Assembly: GCA_963834375.1 (NCBI GenBank)
Contig: CAWIBM010000004.1
Span: 277,150-341,149, forward strand
From: an uncultured Acidimicrobiia bacterium
GTDB lineage: Bacteria > Actinomycetota > Acidimicrobiia > Spongiisociales > UBA5794
Length of the DNA stretch: 64,000 nt
Direction: 5' to 3'
Numbering within the stretch: the first letter of the stretch is position 1; each line of letters opens with the position of its first letter. Below the pieces are notes generated by a model. That model saw only the letters and a program-made list of their open reading frames with translations. It ran no database searches and was not told the DNA's origin. Shown piece by piece: positions 1 through 13,072 of this stretch. The position numbers and the translations under genes were made by a program.

Positions 1-278
1 GACCCGTCCGGCGACGCCGTCGCCATAGACCACGGGGGGCTGGCGGCCGCCTGGCGCCGTACCGACCCCGCGCCGCTCCGTGCCGCCGGCGACCTCGGCG
101 ATCCCGTCGAGACTCCCCCGACGGCACTCGCCGCCGAGGAGCTGCGCCTGCTGTGGCGATGGCTCGACCGGCCCGGGGTGACGGTGGTCCACAGCGACGC
201 GCCGCTGGTGCTTCCTCCGGCGCTGCCCACCGACTTCCGGTTGGGGGCAGGCCTGCCTCCACCGGCCCCGCCTCGTAG
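1..278 (+). CDS. 3' end of a gene, possibly DEDD exonuclease/UvrC-like protein (partial)
   Basis: Frame 1 is open from base 1. AAEELRLLWRWLDRPGVTVV resembles C-termini of actinobacterial DEDD-exonuclease proteins. Stop position uncertain. Confidence 0.35.
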   Translation, partial: PVRRRRRHRPRGAGGRLAPYRPRAAPCRRRPRRSRRDSPDGTRRRGAAPAVAMARPARGDGGPQRRAAGASSGAAHRLPVGGRPASTGPAS

Positions 279-315
279 GCTCGACGCTGCCCGCCCGTCC
301 CCGAGAGGAGGTTCC

Positions 316-693
316 GTGAACGGACGCGAGGTGGTGGAGGCCCTGGTCGCCACCTTCAACGCCGGGAACGCAGACGGCATGGACGACGTCTTCCACGAGG
401 ACGCGGTGATGGAGTGGCCGCAGTCGGGCGAGCGGATCGCCGGCGGTGACAACCGGCGCGCCGTCTACCACTCCTTCCCCAGTCTCCCCACCTTCGCCCC
501 ACGGCGCATCATCGGCGAAGGCGACCTGTGGGTCCTGGAGGCGACGCTCGACTACGGGGGCGGGGCCGTCTACCAGACCGTGTTCATCCTCGAGATACGC
601 GACGGGAAGATCGCCCGGGAGACGGCCTACTGGACCGAACCGTTCCCGGCGCCCGACTGGCGCGCCGAGTGGGTCGAGTCGCTCGACGGCTAG
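316..693 (+). CDS. SnoaL-like/NTF2 family protein
   Basis: GAGGAGG RBS before GTG 316. Motifs FHEDAVMEWPQSGERI and LEIRDGKIARETAYW. Confidence 0.85.
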   Translation: MNGREVVEALVATFNAGNADGMDDVFHEDAVMEWPQSGERIAGGDNRRAVYHSFPSLPTFAPRRIIGEGDLWVLEATLDYGGGAVYQTVFILEIRDGKIARETAYWTEPFPAPDWRAEWVESLDG

Positions 694-702
694 GTTCGCG
701 CC

Positions 703-2711
703 ATGCGGTTCATCGTCAAGGCGGGCGCCGATCCGACCGCCCGCGCCGACGCCACACTGCTCACCGCCCTCGGGCTGCCCGGCGGCGGAGTGGTCAGGGT
801 GGGGAAGACCCACTGCCGCGTTTCCGCCGGCGACGTCCCCTCCCCCTCGTCCATCCTGCTCGGGCCGCTGGCGCTCGCCAACGCCGGGGTGTCGGTGGGT
901 GACACCGTCGACGTGGTGCGGGTGCCGCTGGCCGAGGCCTCGCGGGTCGAGGTCACCGGAGAGCAGACCCTCGACGCCCGGCACCTGTCGCGGTCGCTCC
1001 AGGGCCAGCCGGTCACTCTCGGTGACACCGTGGCGATCAGCACCTCGTACGGTCAGGGAGACCGCCACCGAGGTCCGGCTGCGGGTCACCGCCGTCGAGC
1101 CCGCCAGGCCGGGCCTGGTGGGCAACCGGACCCTGGTGTACCCGGCGGGGACAGGGGCCACCACCGAGGTGGTCGAGCACCCCGAGGGATCGGTGGCCGG
1201 CGAGGGCCCAACCACCGCCGAGGCGTTGCTCGCCGGGCTCGACACCGAGCTCGACCTGATGACCGGGTGGCTGTCGTTGCTCACCTCCGCCGACGATCTC
1301 CCCGCCGCCTGGGGGCTGCCCCGGGTGGCCGGGGTGGTGCTCGCCGGGCCAACCGGCTGCGGCAAGTCCGAGATCGTCGCCGCCGCCGCCGAACGGGTGG
1401 GCGCCAGGGTCCACGAGGTGTCGCTGGAGCTCGTGTTCAAGCCGGAGGGCCTGCTCGACCGGCTGGAGAAGGCGGTGGCCGTCCCCGGCCCGCCGTGGTG
1501 TTCGTCGACCGGCTGGATGCGGTCGCCGGTGACGACGCCATGTTCCGGACCCAGATGGCGGCGATCATGCGCTGGTTCCTCGACTCCGTCGCCGGCAAGT
1601 CCCGGCTGGCTTGCGTGCTCGGTGTCTCCTCGGCCGCCCGGCTCCCGGAGGCGGTGACCTCGAGCCCGCTCCTCCCCCGCACCCTCACCATCCCGCCCCC
1701 CGACACCGCCCGTCGCGCCCTGCTCTTCGCCGCCGCTTTGCGCCTGGTGCCGACCGACGACGATCTCGACTACGACCAGCTGGCCAACCGCAGTGCCGGC
1801 TTCTCGGGGGCCGACGTCCTCGCCGCCGTGGTCCAGGCATCGGCGATGATCGCCGCCGACGGCGGCGCGGTCACCCAGGACCAGCTGCTCGAGGCGATCG
1901 GAGAGATCACCCCGTCGCTGGGCACCACCGGGCTCGGCGAGATGCCGACCGCGGGTTCGACAAGGTCGCCAACCTCGACGAGGTGAAGCGGCGGCTCACC
2001 GAGAGCGTCATCTGGCAGATGCGCGAACCGGAACGGTTCGCCCGGCTGGGGATCGAGCCGCCCGCGGGGCATCCTGCTCTACGGTCCTCCCGGCACCGGC
2101 AAGACCTTCGTGGTCCGGGCGCTGGCCCACGAGGCGGGCGCCGCCTTCTTCACGGTGAAGGGCGCCGAGTTGCTCGACAAGTGGGTCGGCGAGTCGGAGC
2201 GGGCGGTGCGGGAGATCTTCGCCCGGGCCCGGGCGGTGGCGCCGTCGATCCTGTTCTTCGACGAGATCGACGCCCTGGCGCCGGTCCGGGGACGGTCGAC
2301 CAACAACGTCACCGACTCGGTGGTGGCGGCGCTGCTCACCGAGATGGACGGGGTCACCGAGCGCGGCGACGTCTTCGTGATCGGCGCCACCAACCGGCGC
2401 GACCTGGTCGACCCGGCGCTGATCCGGGCCGGGCCGGCTGGAGACCCACCTCTACCTCGGGCTGCCCGAGAAGCCGAGGCGCGACGCGCCTTCTTCGACA
2501 TCGGCGACGTGCCCTTCGCCGGCGATGTCGTCGTCGACCGGCTGGTCGAGGCGACCGAGGGCTACTCCTTCGCCGACCTGTCGGGCATGTTGCGGGAAGC
2601 GGCGCTGCAGGCGCTGCGGCGCGACTCCAAGGCGATCGAGGTCACCGACGCCGATCTCGATCGGGCCTGGAGAACATCCGGCCGGCCACCGAGGCGGCGC
2701 CGAGCGGCTGA
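703..2711 (+). CDS. Cdc48/VCP-like two-ring AAA+ ATPase (Cpa-like), frameshifted
   Basis: N-domain, Walker A GPTGCGKS and GPPGTGKT, D2 motifs [24 protein letters not shown] and [17 protein letters not shown]. Confidence 0.85.
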
Positions 2712-2764
2712 TCCGGCCCAGGTGGCAGAATGGGCGGCGGAGATCGTCGAACAGGGGGGTGGCG

Positions 2765-3547
2765 ATGAAGGTGGGGATCCTGGCCGGAGGGGTCGGGACC
2801 CGGCTCGTCGAGGAGACCGAGCGGCTTCCCAAGCCGATGGTCGAGATCGGCGGCCGGCCGATCCTGTGGCACATCATGCGCTACTACGAGCATTTCGGGT
2901 TCACCGACTTCGCCGTCGCGCTCGGGTACAAGGCCGACTACATCAAGCGCTGGTTCGTCGACTACTCGTCGCTCGAGGGCGACCTCCACCTCGACCTCGA
3001 CCAGCCGCGGCACGTCAGCGCCGGGGAGGTCGAGGACCGTCGCCCGTGGAAGGTGTCGCTGATCGAGACCGGCCTGCTCAGACCGGCACCGGGGGTCGGA
3101 TCAAGCGGCTACTCCCCCACCTCGGACCGGGCACCTGCATGGTCACCTGGGGCGACGGGCTCGCCGACATCGACCTCGACGCCCTGCTCGACTTCCACCG
3201 CAGCCACGGCAAGCTGGCCACCCTCACCGCGGTGCAGGCCCCCGGCCCGCTTCGGCCACCTCGAGATCGAGGGCGACCAGATCGTCCACTTCGACGAGAA
3301 GCCGCAGACCGGCGAGGGCTGGATCAACGGCGCCTTCTTCGTGCTCGAGCCGGGAGTCGCCGACTACATCGAGGGCGACAAGATCATGTTCGAGTTGGCG
3401 CCGCTGCAGAAGCTGGCCGCCGACGGTCAGCTGATGGCCTACCGCCACTACGGCTTCTGGCAGGCGATGGACACGCTGCGTGACAAGAAGGCGCTGGAGC
3501 GGATGTGGGAGAGCGATCCGCTGCTGGAAGGTGTGGTGACCCGATGA
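2765..3547 (+). CDS. rfbF: Glucose-1-phosphate cytidylyltransferase, frameshifted
   Basis: [60 protein letters not shown]. Confidence 0.9.
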   Translation: MKVGILAGGVGTRLVEETERLPKPMVEIGGRPILWHIMRYYEHFGFTDFAVALGYKADYIKRWFVDYSSLEGDLHLDLDQPRHVSAGEVEDRRPWKVSLIETGLLRPAPGVGSSGYSPTSDRAPAWSPGATGSPTSTSTPCSTSTAATASWPPSPRCRPPARFGHLEIEGDQIVHFDEKPQTGEGWINGAFFVLEPGVADYIEGDKIMFELAPLQKLAADGQLMAYRHYGFWQAMDTLRDKKALERMWESDPLLEGVVTR

Positions 3548-4572
3548 GGGTCCTCGTCACCGGGCACAACGGGTACCTGGGCACCGTGATGGTCCCCATC
3601 CTCAAGGCGCCGGGTCACGAGGTGGTCGGCCTGGACAGCTACCTGTTCGCTCCGTGCGTCTTCGGGGCCGACGCCGTCGATCCGCCGTCGCTCCGCCTCG
3701 ACGTCCGCGACGTCGAGGTCGAGCACCTGCGAGGGGTTCGAGGCGGTGATCCATCTCGCCGGGATCTCCAACGACCCGCTCGGGGACCTCGCCCCGGAGA
3801 CGACCTACGACATCAACCACCAGGCCACCGTCCGGCTCGCCGCGGTGGCGAAGGAAGCCGGGGTGCGCCGGTTCTTGTTCTCGTCCTCGTGCAGCATGTA
3901 CGGCGCCCAGGGCGATGCCCTGATCGACGAGAGCGGGGCGTGGAACCCGCTCACCCCGTACGGCGAGTCGAAGGCCCGGTCCGAGGTGGACCTCTCCGAG
4001 CTGGCCGGCGACGGCTTCTCCCCGATCTACCTGCGCAACGCCACCGCTTACGGTGCCTCGCCCCGGCTGCGGGGCGACTTGGTGGTGAACAACCTGACCG
4101 GGTTCGCCGTCACCACCGGCCAGGTGTTCCTGAAGAGCGACGGCTCGTCGTGGCGCCCGCTGATCCACGTCGAGGACATCGCCCTCGCCTTCCTGGCGAT
4201 GCTGGAGGCGGACCGGGCGCTGGTCCACGGGCAGGCGTTCAACGTCGGCGGCCACCGAGGAGAACTACCGCATCTCGGACGTCGCGGCCTGGTGGAGGAG
4301 CTGGTGCCCGGCTCGGAGATCACGTTCGCCAACGAGGCGTTCGACGACCCGCGGAACTACCGGGTCGACTGCGCCAAGTACGAGAGCCGCCTTCCCCGCG
4401 GCCCGCCCCCGGTGGACGGTGCGCAAGGGCATCGAGCAGCTCGCCGAGGCGTTCACCGCCAACGGGCTCACCCTCGACCAGCTCGAGGGCAAGTCGCTTC
4501 CGCCGGATCGGGCACGTGCTCGACCTGGTCGAACAGGGCGTGCTCGACCCCGACCTGCGCTGGCGGGCATGA
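3544..4572 (+). CDS. NAD-dependent epimerase/dehydratase (extended SDR)
   Basis: [45 protein letters not shown]. Confidence 0.9.
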   Translation: MRVLVTGHNGYLGTVMVPILKAPGHEVVGLDSYLFAPCVFGADAVDPPSLRLDVRDVEVEHLRGVRGGDPSRRDLQRPARGPRPGDDLRHQPPGHRPARRGGEGSRGAPVLVLVLVQHVRRPGRCPDRRERGVEPAHPVRRVEGPVRGGPLRAGRRRLLPDLPAQRHRLRCLAPAAGRLGGEQPDRVRRHHRPGVPEERRLVVAPADPRRGHRPRLPGDAGGGPGAGPRAGVQRRRPPRRTTASRTSRPGGGAGARLGDHVRQRGVRRPAELPGRLRQVREPPSPRPAPGGRCARASSSSPRRSPPTGSPSTSSRASRFRRIGHVLDLVEQGVLDPDLRWRA

Positions 4573-4581
4573 GACGCGGCG

Positions 4582-5839
4582 ATGACTCGGGCCGATGAAC
4601 GGCGCGGCACGGTGCCCTGCCGCTCCTGCGGCGGGGCCGACCTCCTGCCCTTCCTCGACCTTGGCGTCACCCCCCTTGCCGATGCCCTGGTCCCGGCGGA
4701 GCGGCTCGACGACGTCGAGGATCGCTATCCGCTCGAGATGGCGTTCTGTCCCGACTGCGCCCTGGTGCAGATCCTCGAGGAGGTGCCCGCCGAGCAAGCT
4801 GTTCGTGGAGAACTACCTCTACTTCTCCGCCTACTCGGACGTCGCTCGTCGAGCACGGCCGCCGCCATGCGAGGCACTGATCGAGACCCGCGGACCTCGG
4901 GCCCGAGTCGCTGGTGGTGGAGATCGGCAGCAACGACGGGACCCTGCTCAGGCATTTCGTCGACGCCGGGGTCCCGTGCTCGGCATCGACCCCGCCCCCG
5001 ACCAGGCGGCGGCGGCCAACGCCGCCGGGGTGCCCACCATCGACGCCTTCTTCGGCTCGCGAGTTGGCCGGCCGGCTGCGCGGGGAGGGCCGTGTTGCCG
5101 ACGTGATCATCGCCAACAACGTGCTCGCCCACGTTCCCGGGCTCAACGACGTCGTGGCCGGGATGGCCACCATGCTCGCCGAGGACGGGCTGATCACCCA
5201 GTGAGAACCCTTGGGTCAAGCCGCTGGTTGACGACTGCGAGTTCGACACCATCTACCACGAGCACTTCTGCTACTACTCGTGCACCTCGATCGACCGGCT
5301 GATGCGCCGCCACGGGCTCTATCTCAACCACGTCGAGCACTTCCCGAAGCTCCACGGTGGAACGCTGCGCTGGCGCATGAGCCGGTACGAGGACCCACTC
5401 GCCGACCGTGCCGGGTACCTCGCCGACGAGAGGGCGGCCGGGCTCGACCGGTTCGAGTACTACGCCCGCTTCGCCGAGCGGGTCGAGGGCGTGGCGAGTG
5501 CGCTGCGGACCCTGATCGCCGGGTTGGTCGCCGGCGGCGCCACCGTCGCCGGGTACGGGGCGGCGGCCAAGGGAGCCACGATGCTCAACTGCGTCGGGCC
5601 TGGGCACCGACCTGGTGGCCTTCGTCGTCGACCGAAACCCGCTACAAGCAGGGGCGGCACATGCCGGGAACCCACCAGCCGATCCTCGACCCGCCGCCCT
5701 GATGGAACGCCGGCCCGACTACCTCCTGCTCCTGGCGTGGAACTTCGCCGACGAGATCATCGAGCAACAGGCCGGGTATGCTGGCGGCCGGGGGCAAGGT
5801 TCATCGTCCCGGTGCCCGAGCCGCGGGTCGTGCTCATGA
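4582..5839 (+). CDS. NDP-sugar C-methyltransferase (Zn-binding, class I SAM), frameshifted
   Basis: [51 protein letters not shown]. Confidence 0.88.
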
Positions 5840-7013
5840 CCCGGGCCGCCACCGGGGGCGCGGTGCCCCGCCTGCGGGGCACCGGGCTGGAGCTGTTCCA
5901 CGCCCAGGACGGTGATGCCCACCAACAGCTGTCTGCTGGTCGACGACGAGGACGAGGCGCTCGCGCTTCCCCACGGGGTCGCTGCGGCTCGGCGTGTGCC
6001 CGAGCTGCGGGTTCATCGCCAACACCGCATTCGACCCATCGCGGCCGAGTACTCGGAGCGCTACGAGGAGACCCAGGCGTTCTCCCCCCACTTCCGGGAG
6101 TTCGCCCGCGGATCTCGCCGCCGACTGGGTGAGCCGGCACGGCTCTGGCCGGGGGCACCGTGGTCGAGATCGGGTGCGGCAAGGGCGAGTTCCTGGTGAT
6201 GATGGCCGAGGCAGGCATCGGCGGCGGGATCGGCATCGACCCCGGGGTTCACCTCGAGCGAATCGATCCCCGTTGGGACGGCACACTCACCTGGGTCGCC
6301 GAGCGTTCGACGACGGTTCGGGCCGATCGTCGCCGACGCCGTGGTGTGCCGGCACACCCTGGAGCACATCGCCCCCGTCGGGGAATTCGTCCGGCTGGTG
6401 CGGCCTCGATCGGGGACCGGCTGGACACCGCGGTGCTGTTCGAGCTTCCCGACACCACCCGGGTGCTCGACGAGGTCGCCTTCTGGGACGTCTACTACGA
6501 GCACTGCTCCTACTTCACCGCCGGGTCGCTGGCCCGGCTGTTCGCCGTCAACGGCTTCGTCGGTGGAGGACGTCCGCTACGCCTACGACGACCAGTACCT
6601 GATGCTCGAGGCCCGGCCGGTCGCCGGGGAAGGCGGCGGGTGGTCGAAGGACGACGTGGCGGCGACGGCCGCAGGGGTGGACCGGTTCGCCACCGGGTTC
6701 GCCACCATCACCCGGGAGTGGACCGACCGGGTGCGGGCCGTCGCCGATGCCGGCGGGAGTACGGTCGTCTGGGGCGGCGGGTCGAAGGGGGTCGCCTTCC
6801 TGCCGCCGTCGGGGCGCCCATCGCCGCCGCCGTCGACATCAACCCGCACAAGCAGGGCAAGTACATGGCGGGCACCGGCCACAGGGTGATCGCCCCGGCG
6901 GAGCTGGTCGCCCTCGATCCGGCCTCGTGGTGGCGATGAACCCGGTGTACCTGGACGAGATCGCCGCCGATCTGGCTCGGCTGGGGCTCACCCCGGAGCT
7001 GGTGGCGGTCTGA
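5836..7013 (+). CDS. Second NDP-sugar C-methyltransferase-family protein, frameshifted
   Basis: CPSCGFI, EIGCGKG, CRHTLEH, FWDVYYEHCSYF, WGGGSKG, VDINPHKQGKY. Confidence 0.85.
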
Positions 7014-7041
7014 CTAACCCAGCAACGCTCGTTCGGTGCAC

Positions 7042-7622
7042 TCAACAGGGTCGACAGGGTCGGGCAGCGACAACTCGGGACGCCGACGGCCTTGGCGTCG
7101 ACGACGAGCCAGTCCGACCAGCGGAGGGCGACGCACCGCCGTCCAGGAGCCGCTGTTCGCCCTGTCCGGCTCCCGAATGAGGTAGTTGGCGAGGATCTGC
7201 TCCTCGTCCTCGGTGAGAGGACGGCGTGAACCCGGCCGTCGTTCGGTTGTCCGGCGAACTGGCGGCGGCGGCCAGCGACGGTGCGACGAAGTCCCCGTCG
7301 ACGACCAACCGTACGCCGGTCTCCAGATGGTTGGCGATCACCGCCTCCACGGCGGGACCGACCTCGGCCAAGAGGGCGCGACCCTGCTCGAATACCTGCG
7401 CCGCCGTCAGCGACATGGGGTCAGGATGCGTGTCCCAGAAGTGAATGGCCGGCATCGACTCGGGTGTGGTTGATCGCCTGGACGGCGCAGACGATGTCGT
7501 CCACCTCCAACACCGGCACGCCGTTGCGCGCTGCCAGCGGATAGACTCAGCGAGCTCTTGCCGACGCCAGACGCTCCGCAGACCGAGAGCACGTCCCACC
7601 AGCACCCAGGTCGCTCGGTCAT
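7042..7622 (-). CDS. P-loop NTPase (2-phosphoglycerate kinase-like), frameshifted
   Basis: Walker A GASGVGKS near the N-terminus and LVVDGDF. Confidence 0.6.
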
Positions 7623-7654
7623 GGGCGCGATCCTACGGGCGGGACCACCTCGCG

Positions 7655-10373
7655 CTACTGCCGTTTGCGACGGAGCAGTTGGGCGAGGGTCTCCTCCTCG
7701 GCGAGGATCTCCCGAGTGGGCTCGGTGCCGGTCGGAGCGTCGAGCGGCGGGGCTACGACGGCGGCCACCGGCTCGGGCGTTCGAGCGGCACGACCGCCCG
7801 GCGCCATTCGACGAGGTCGCCGGGCGAGACGACCAGGCGGCGGAGCGCCACGTCGACCAGGAACAACGCAAGCGCCAACCCGGTGAGCCACGGCCAGAGG
7901 GCAAGCCCGGCGTCGCCACGGGACGGCGCCGCCTCGTAGATCACCGAGGGATCGGGATCGACCCGCCCGCCGGTGAGATCGGCGAGGTCGGCGCCGAGGG
8001 TCGGGTCGGGAGGGCGGAAGGCGAACTCGTCGGGATACGGGGCGACCACCCCGCTGCTCCCCGACGCCGACCAGTCCGTCCTGCCCCTCCACCCGCACCG
8101 CCACCCAGTAGGCGCCGGTCTCGGGCATCGGCACCGCCACCTCGAACCGGTCCTCGGACACCCGCTGCATGGGGATGGCGGTCACCTCGCCCGAGGCGTC
8201 GCGGACATGGGCGACGGCGACGGCATCGAGCGGCGCAGCCGGCTTCGTAGCCGACCTGCAGCGACCCGTTCGTCGAGGCGGACCTCCGGGGGCGTCTCCC
8301 TCCCGGCGGGCAGCACGTCGCCGACCACCCGCCCCCAGAAGTCGACGAACCCGTCCCAGGCGATCCAGTCGGCCGACCAGCGTGACGTGGCATCCGAGGT
8401 CCAGGCGGTGGCCCGGCCCAGCCCCGCTGCCAGCTGGCCAGCAGCGGATCCCCGGGGCCGATCTCGCAGCGCCACCGCCGACGTCGGTTTGGGCGTGGCC
8501 AGGATGTAGCCCCGCAGAGGTGGGGCGGCGGTCAGGCCGGCGGTCACCTGCGATGCCGCTCCCAGGGCAGGCAGGAACGAGCCCTCCGCCACCAGCGGCC
8601 TGGCAACCCGCAGCGTCTCCTCGGCGAAGATCTCCGGCACCGACTCCAGGTCCTGCCCGGCATAGAACCTGCCCCCGCCCAATGCCGCCGCCCGGCGGAG
8701 CTGCTCGCCGGAGCCCTCGCCGGTGCCCACCACCGACAGGGTGATCCCGGCGCCGGCGATGTCCGCGGCCGCCGAGAGCAGGTCGGGGTCGTCGCCCCAC
8801 CCGTCGGTGAACAGGACCATGTGCTTGATCTCCTCGGGGGCGTCCTGAAGCGCCGCCAGCGCCTCGCGCAGCGCCGGCGAGATCTCGGTGTCGCCCGCCG
8901 GGGTGAGCCGGCCGAGTGCCTGCGGCGACCACCGAGGCTGTCCGGCTTGAAGTCGAGGGGTAGCGCCCACCGGCTGCCCGAGGTGAAGGCGAGAACGCCC
9001 ACCCGATCGGTGTCCTCGAGCACGTCGATGGCGAGGCCCGCGCCGGCGCGGGAGATGTCGGTCTTGTTGACCCCGCCCTGCATCGGTCGGGTCGTGCTCG
9101 CTGATCCCGTCGCAGTGGCAGGTCGGCCATCGACCCGGACGTGTCGATGACCAGCACCTCAGCGATGGGCTGGCGCCGGATCAGGTCGTCGGGGTCGGAG
9201 GTCACCGGGAGGATCTCCTCGAGGGCGCTGTCTCTGGTAGCCGCCCAGCCCGTACGACTGGTCGCCACCGATCACCACCAGGCCACGGCCGAGGTCCTCG
9301 ACGAAGGCGGCCAGGTCGACGGCGACCTCGTCGGGGGGCGCCGGCACGTTGACCAGCACCACGGCGTCGTAGAGGAGGAGGTCGTCGGCGGACGGGACCG
9401 CGGTGAGCACATGAGCATCGATCCCGCCGGCCTCCAGGGCCCGCGCCACGTCGTCGCCTTCGCCCATGCCTGCCTTCGACCACGGCCACCTGCGCCGGGC
9501 CGAGCACGTGGACCATCGCCTGACCCCGGTCGTTCTCGGCGATGGCGTCGAAGCCGGCCTCGACGGTGACGTCGACGTCGAGCACGCCGGCTTCCACCGC
9601 CGGGATGGTCACCTCGACCTGGTTGGGCCCGACCGCCAGGTCGACGTCGACCGTCTGCTCCTCGCCGCCGGCGGCGACGGTCACCGTGGCCGGGCCGGAG
9701 CGGGTGGCGCGGACCTCGACCTGCACCGGCACGTCGTCGCCATCCCGCGCCACCGCCGGGGCGTGCACCGACGAGATCTGGGCGTCTGACGAGAGCCCAC
9801 CCTCGAAGATCACCGTATCGACGGCGATGCCGGCGTCGGCGAGGTCGCCGACGACCGAGCGGGCCGAGCCAACGGTCTCGACGCCGTCGGTGAGCACCAC
9901 GATGCGGCGCGATCCCTCGGTGGGGAGCACCGCTGCGGTCGAACGGAGCGCCGAGGCCAGGTCGGTGGCGTCGGTGGCGACCACGGTGCGGATCGGGTCT
10001 GCGGATTGCGGCATCTCGGCCAGGGCCCGATCGAGCCGGACGTCACGGCCGAACACGGCTACCGCGGTTCGGTCTCCGGGACGCGACGACTCCATCGCCT
10101 CGGCCAGGTACGCGTCCTGGGCGGCGACGATGGAGGCGGTGATCGAGGCGGAGCGGTCGACCAGGAATGCCACGCTGCGCTCGATCCGATCCGGTGACCA
10201 GCACCGGCTGGGCAAGGGAGAGCACCAGCAAGGCAACGGCGACCAGGCGGACGACCACCGCCGCCCGCTGCTGGCCCACCGGGACGACCCGGTGGCCGCG
10301 CCGGGCCACCGCCCACACCAGCAGGGCGGCGGGGATGAACAGCAGCAGCGCCCACGGGAAGTTGAGAGGTCAT
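7655..10373 (-). CDS. Membrane-anchored double-VWA protein with GATase-like middle domain, frameshifted
   Basis: MIDAS motifs LVDRSAS and VIDTSGS, VLTDG and LFTDG, GLVVIGGDQSYGLGGY, C-terminal TM helix. Confidence 0.8.
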
Positions 10374-12206
10374 GTCGCCACCGTCCCGCTCGGCGGCCGC
10401 CGCCGGTGCCCGGCGACGCCACGGCCGGGGCCGGCCGAAGCGCCACCCACCACTCGAGCAGCACCAGGGCGAGCAGCAGTGCCACGATCAGCGGCGCCCA
10501 TTCCCGGATGAGGGTGGTGTCCTCGAGCCCGCCGTCATCCGGTTCGACCACGGCGATGGCCCGCGGCGAAGCCGCCGACTCGGCGGCGACGAAGCGGCGG
10601 GTTGCCAGCACTTCGCCGACCGGCTCGCCATCGGCGTCGACGTAGCCGACCCGATAGATGCCGGGCTGTTCCGTGCGTGCGAACTCCAGCACCGAGGCAT
10701 CGAGCGCGACCGTCTCTCCGGCGGGTGTCGTCACCACCGCGGTGGCGCCGGCGGGTGGCGCCACCGGGATCGGTGTCCCGGCGTCGGCCAACGCCTCGGC
10801 ACCGAGCCGGCTCCCCGCCAGCCAGTCGATGATGCGCGCGCCGAGCACCGGGAAGGTCACCTGAACCGGCAGGTTCGAACGCACCGGGTCGAAGGTGAAG
10901 TAGACGGCGCGGTGGCCGTCTACCTCGCCGAGCAGGATCAGGGGCACGTCGCCGGCGGAGACGATCGGCACCCAGCCCTTCCGCCTGGACGATGTCGGCC
11001 TCTGCCACCGTCACCGTCGAGAAGTCGAGACCGTCGATCAGCGGATCCCCCGGCTGGGTGAAGGTGATCACCGGGTTGTCGAACCGGCCGACCACGTCGA
11101 CGCCGTCGGGAGGCACCTCGGGCCGGATCATCCAGGTGGGACGGTCGATGGTGGAGCCGTCGCCGCCGTCCATCACCACCAGGTCCGGCTCGGTGCCCTG
11201 AGGGCGGGCAACCCCTGGCATGGCGGCGAGCAGGGCATCGAGGAACGGTGAGACCTCGCCGGTGGTGGCCACGGCCAGCTGGGTGCCTCCGGTCAGGACC
11301 AGGGAGGCGGTGTCATCGAGCGGGTTGCCGTCCGGCCCGGTGAGCAACCGGGCCTCCACCACCTGGCCGGGCCCGGCGTCGATGGGGAACAGCTGCCGTC
11401 CGGACTCCCCCGGCCCCAGATCGAAGTCGACGGTGCCCACCTCGAGCCCGTCGACGGTGATCGCCACCGGGGCGGTCGCCGGGCTCCCCGAGAACGAGGT
11501 GACCTCGACGAACACCCGGGCAACGCCCTCCCCGGCGTCGCCGGGGCCGAACCCGGTGATCGCCAGGTTGTCGTCGACGGCGTCGAAGAGCAGGTGGCGG
11601 CCATCGGAGACCGGCTCGGTGACGGCACCTTCAACTGCGCCGTCGCTGAGCAGCAGCATGGTGGTGGGCCGGTCCGGCGTTGCCAGGCCGCGGGCGAGGC
11701 GGATGGCGCCTTCGAGGTCGGCGGTCCCTCCGCCGGCAGCGAGCTCCTCGACCACACCGGTCAACGTGCTCGGCTCGCGGGAGAAGGCGGTGAGGACCCT
11801 GGCCTGCGGGCCGGCTTCGACGATCGAGACCAGCTTCTCGTCCGACGCCTCGGCGACCATCTCGAGCAGCTCGGCCCGGGCCGCCTCCATCCGCCCGGCG
11901 GTGGCCATCGATCCCGGAGGTGTCGACCACGAGCACGGTGTGCGGGCCCAACAGGGTGGCTTCACGGAAGAACGGGCGGGCCAGCGCCAGGGCGAACAGG
12001 ACGAGGGCGAGCAGTTGGAGCAGCAGGGCGGCGGTGATCTCGAGCCGCTTCCACGGCACCGAGGACGAGACGAACTCTTCCTCGCCCTCCCACAGCCGGA
12101 CGCTGGACACCTCGACCCCGCTACGGCGCGACCTCAGCATGTAGAGGACGACCAGCGGGATCGGCAGCGCCAGGGCGGCCAGGCCGAACGGGGCAAGCAG
12201 GCTCAT
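10370..12206 (-). CDS. BatA/VWA domain protein, frameshifted
   Basis: BatA N-terminus LYMLRSRR..VSSVRLW..LLLQLLAL..ARP, LVVDTS, LLSDG, C-terminal LLEWW. Confidence 0.85.
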
Positions 12207-13072
12207 CGCACCCAACCGCCCCCGACGAGGTCACGCAGCGCCCCGTCGATGGCGCCGGGCCCGGCGGTGACCAGCACGTGGTCGAGCCCGGCACGCCGGG
12301 CCCGACGCCTCGCGTCGGCGACGAAGGTGCCCGGCCGGGCCCGGTACCGGTCCAGGGCCGCCGAGCTCAACGACACCCGCACCTCCTGTGGGTCTCGACG
12401 TCACGAAGGGTCAGGTCTCCCGAGAGCGTCGGTTGGAGCTCGTCGGGGCCGAGCACGTGCACCACCACTCCGCCGCCGAGGGCACCGAGCACATCGAGGG
12501 CGGTCTCCCAGCCGGGGGCGAGCAGATCGCTGACCAGCACCACCGGCCCACGATGGGCGCCGGGGGCGGCGAGCAATCGGGCCGCCGCCGGCAGGTCGGT
12601 GCCGCCCTCGGCTCGAGGCTTCTCGAGCCACGCCTCGAGCCGGGGCCAGGCGGACACGTGCCGGGCCCATGGGCCCTGCAGCGACGGCGCGGCCCGGGAC
12701 CGGGAACGGTCGACCAACCGCACCCGCTCCCCGGAAGCCAGCCCCAGGTAGGCGACCATCGCCGCCGGCGCGTTGCGCCGTGGGGAACTTGTCCCCGAAA
12801 CCCATCGACGCCGAGTTGTCGACGACGACCTGCAGCGGCATCTCGTCCTCGGCCTCGAACAGCCGGATCAGCACCACGCCGAGCCGGGCCCACAGGTTGT
12901 AGTCGATGCGCCGGAAGTCGTCGCCGGGGTGGTACTCGCGGTAGTCGGCGAAGTCGAGGCTCTCCCCCAACCGGATGGAGCGGTGCGAGCCGCTCCACAC
13001 CCCGCGCAGGCGCCGCTTGCCCCGCAACGCCAACCGGTCGAGCCGGGACCGGAGCTCGGCGTCGAGCAGCAT
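12203..13072 (-). CDS. DUF58 domain protein, frameshifted
   Basis: FADYREYHPGDDFRRIDYN, VVDNSASM, VLVSD. Confidence 0.9.
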
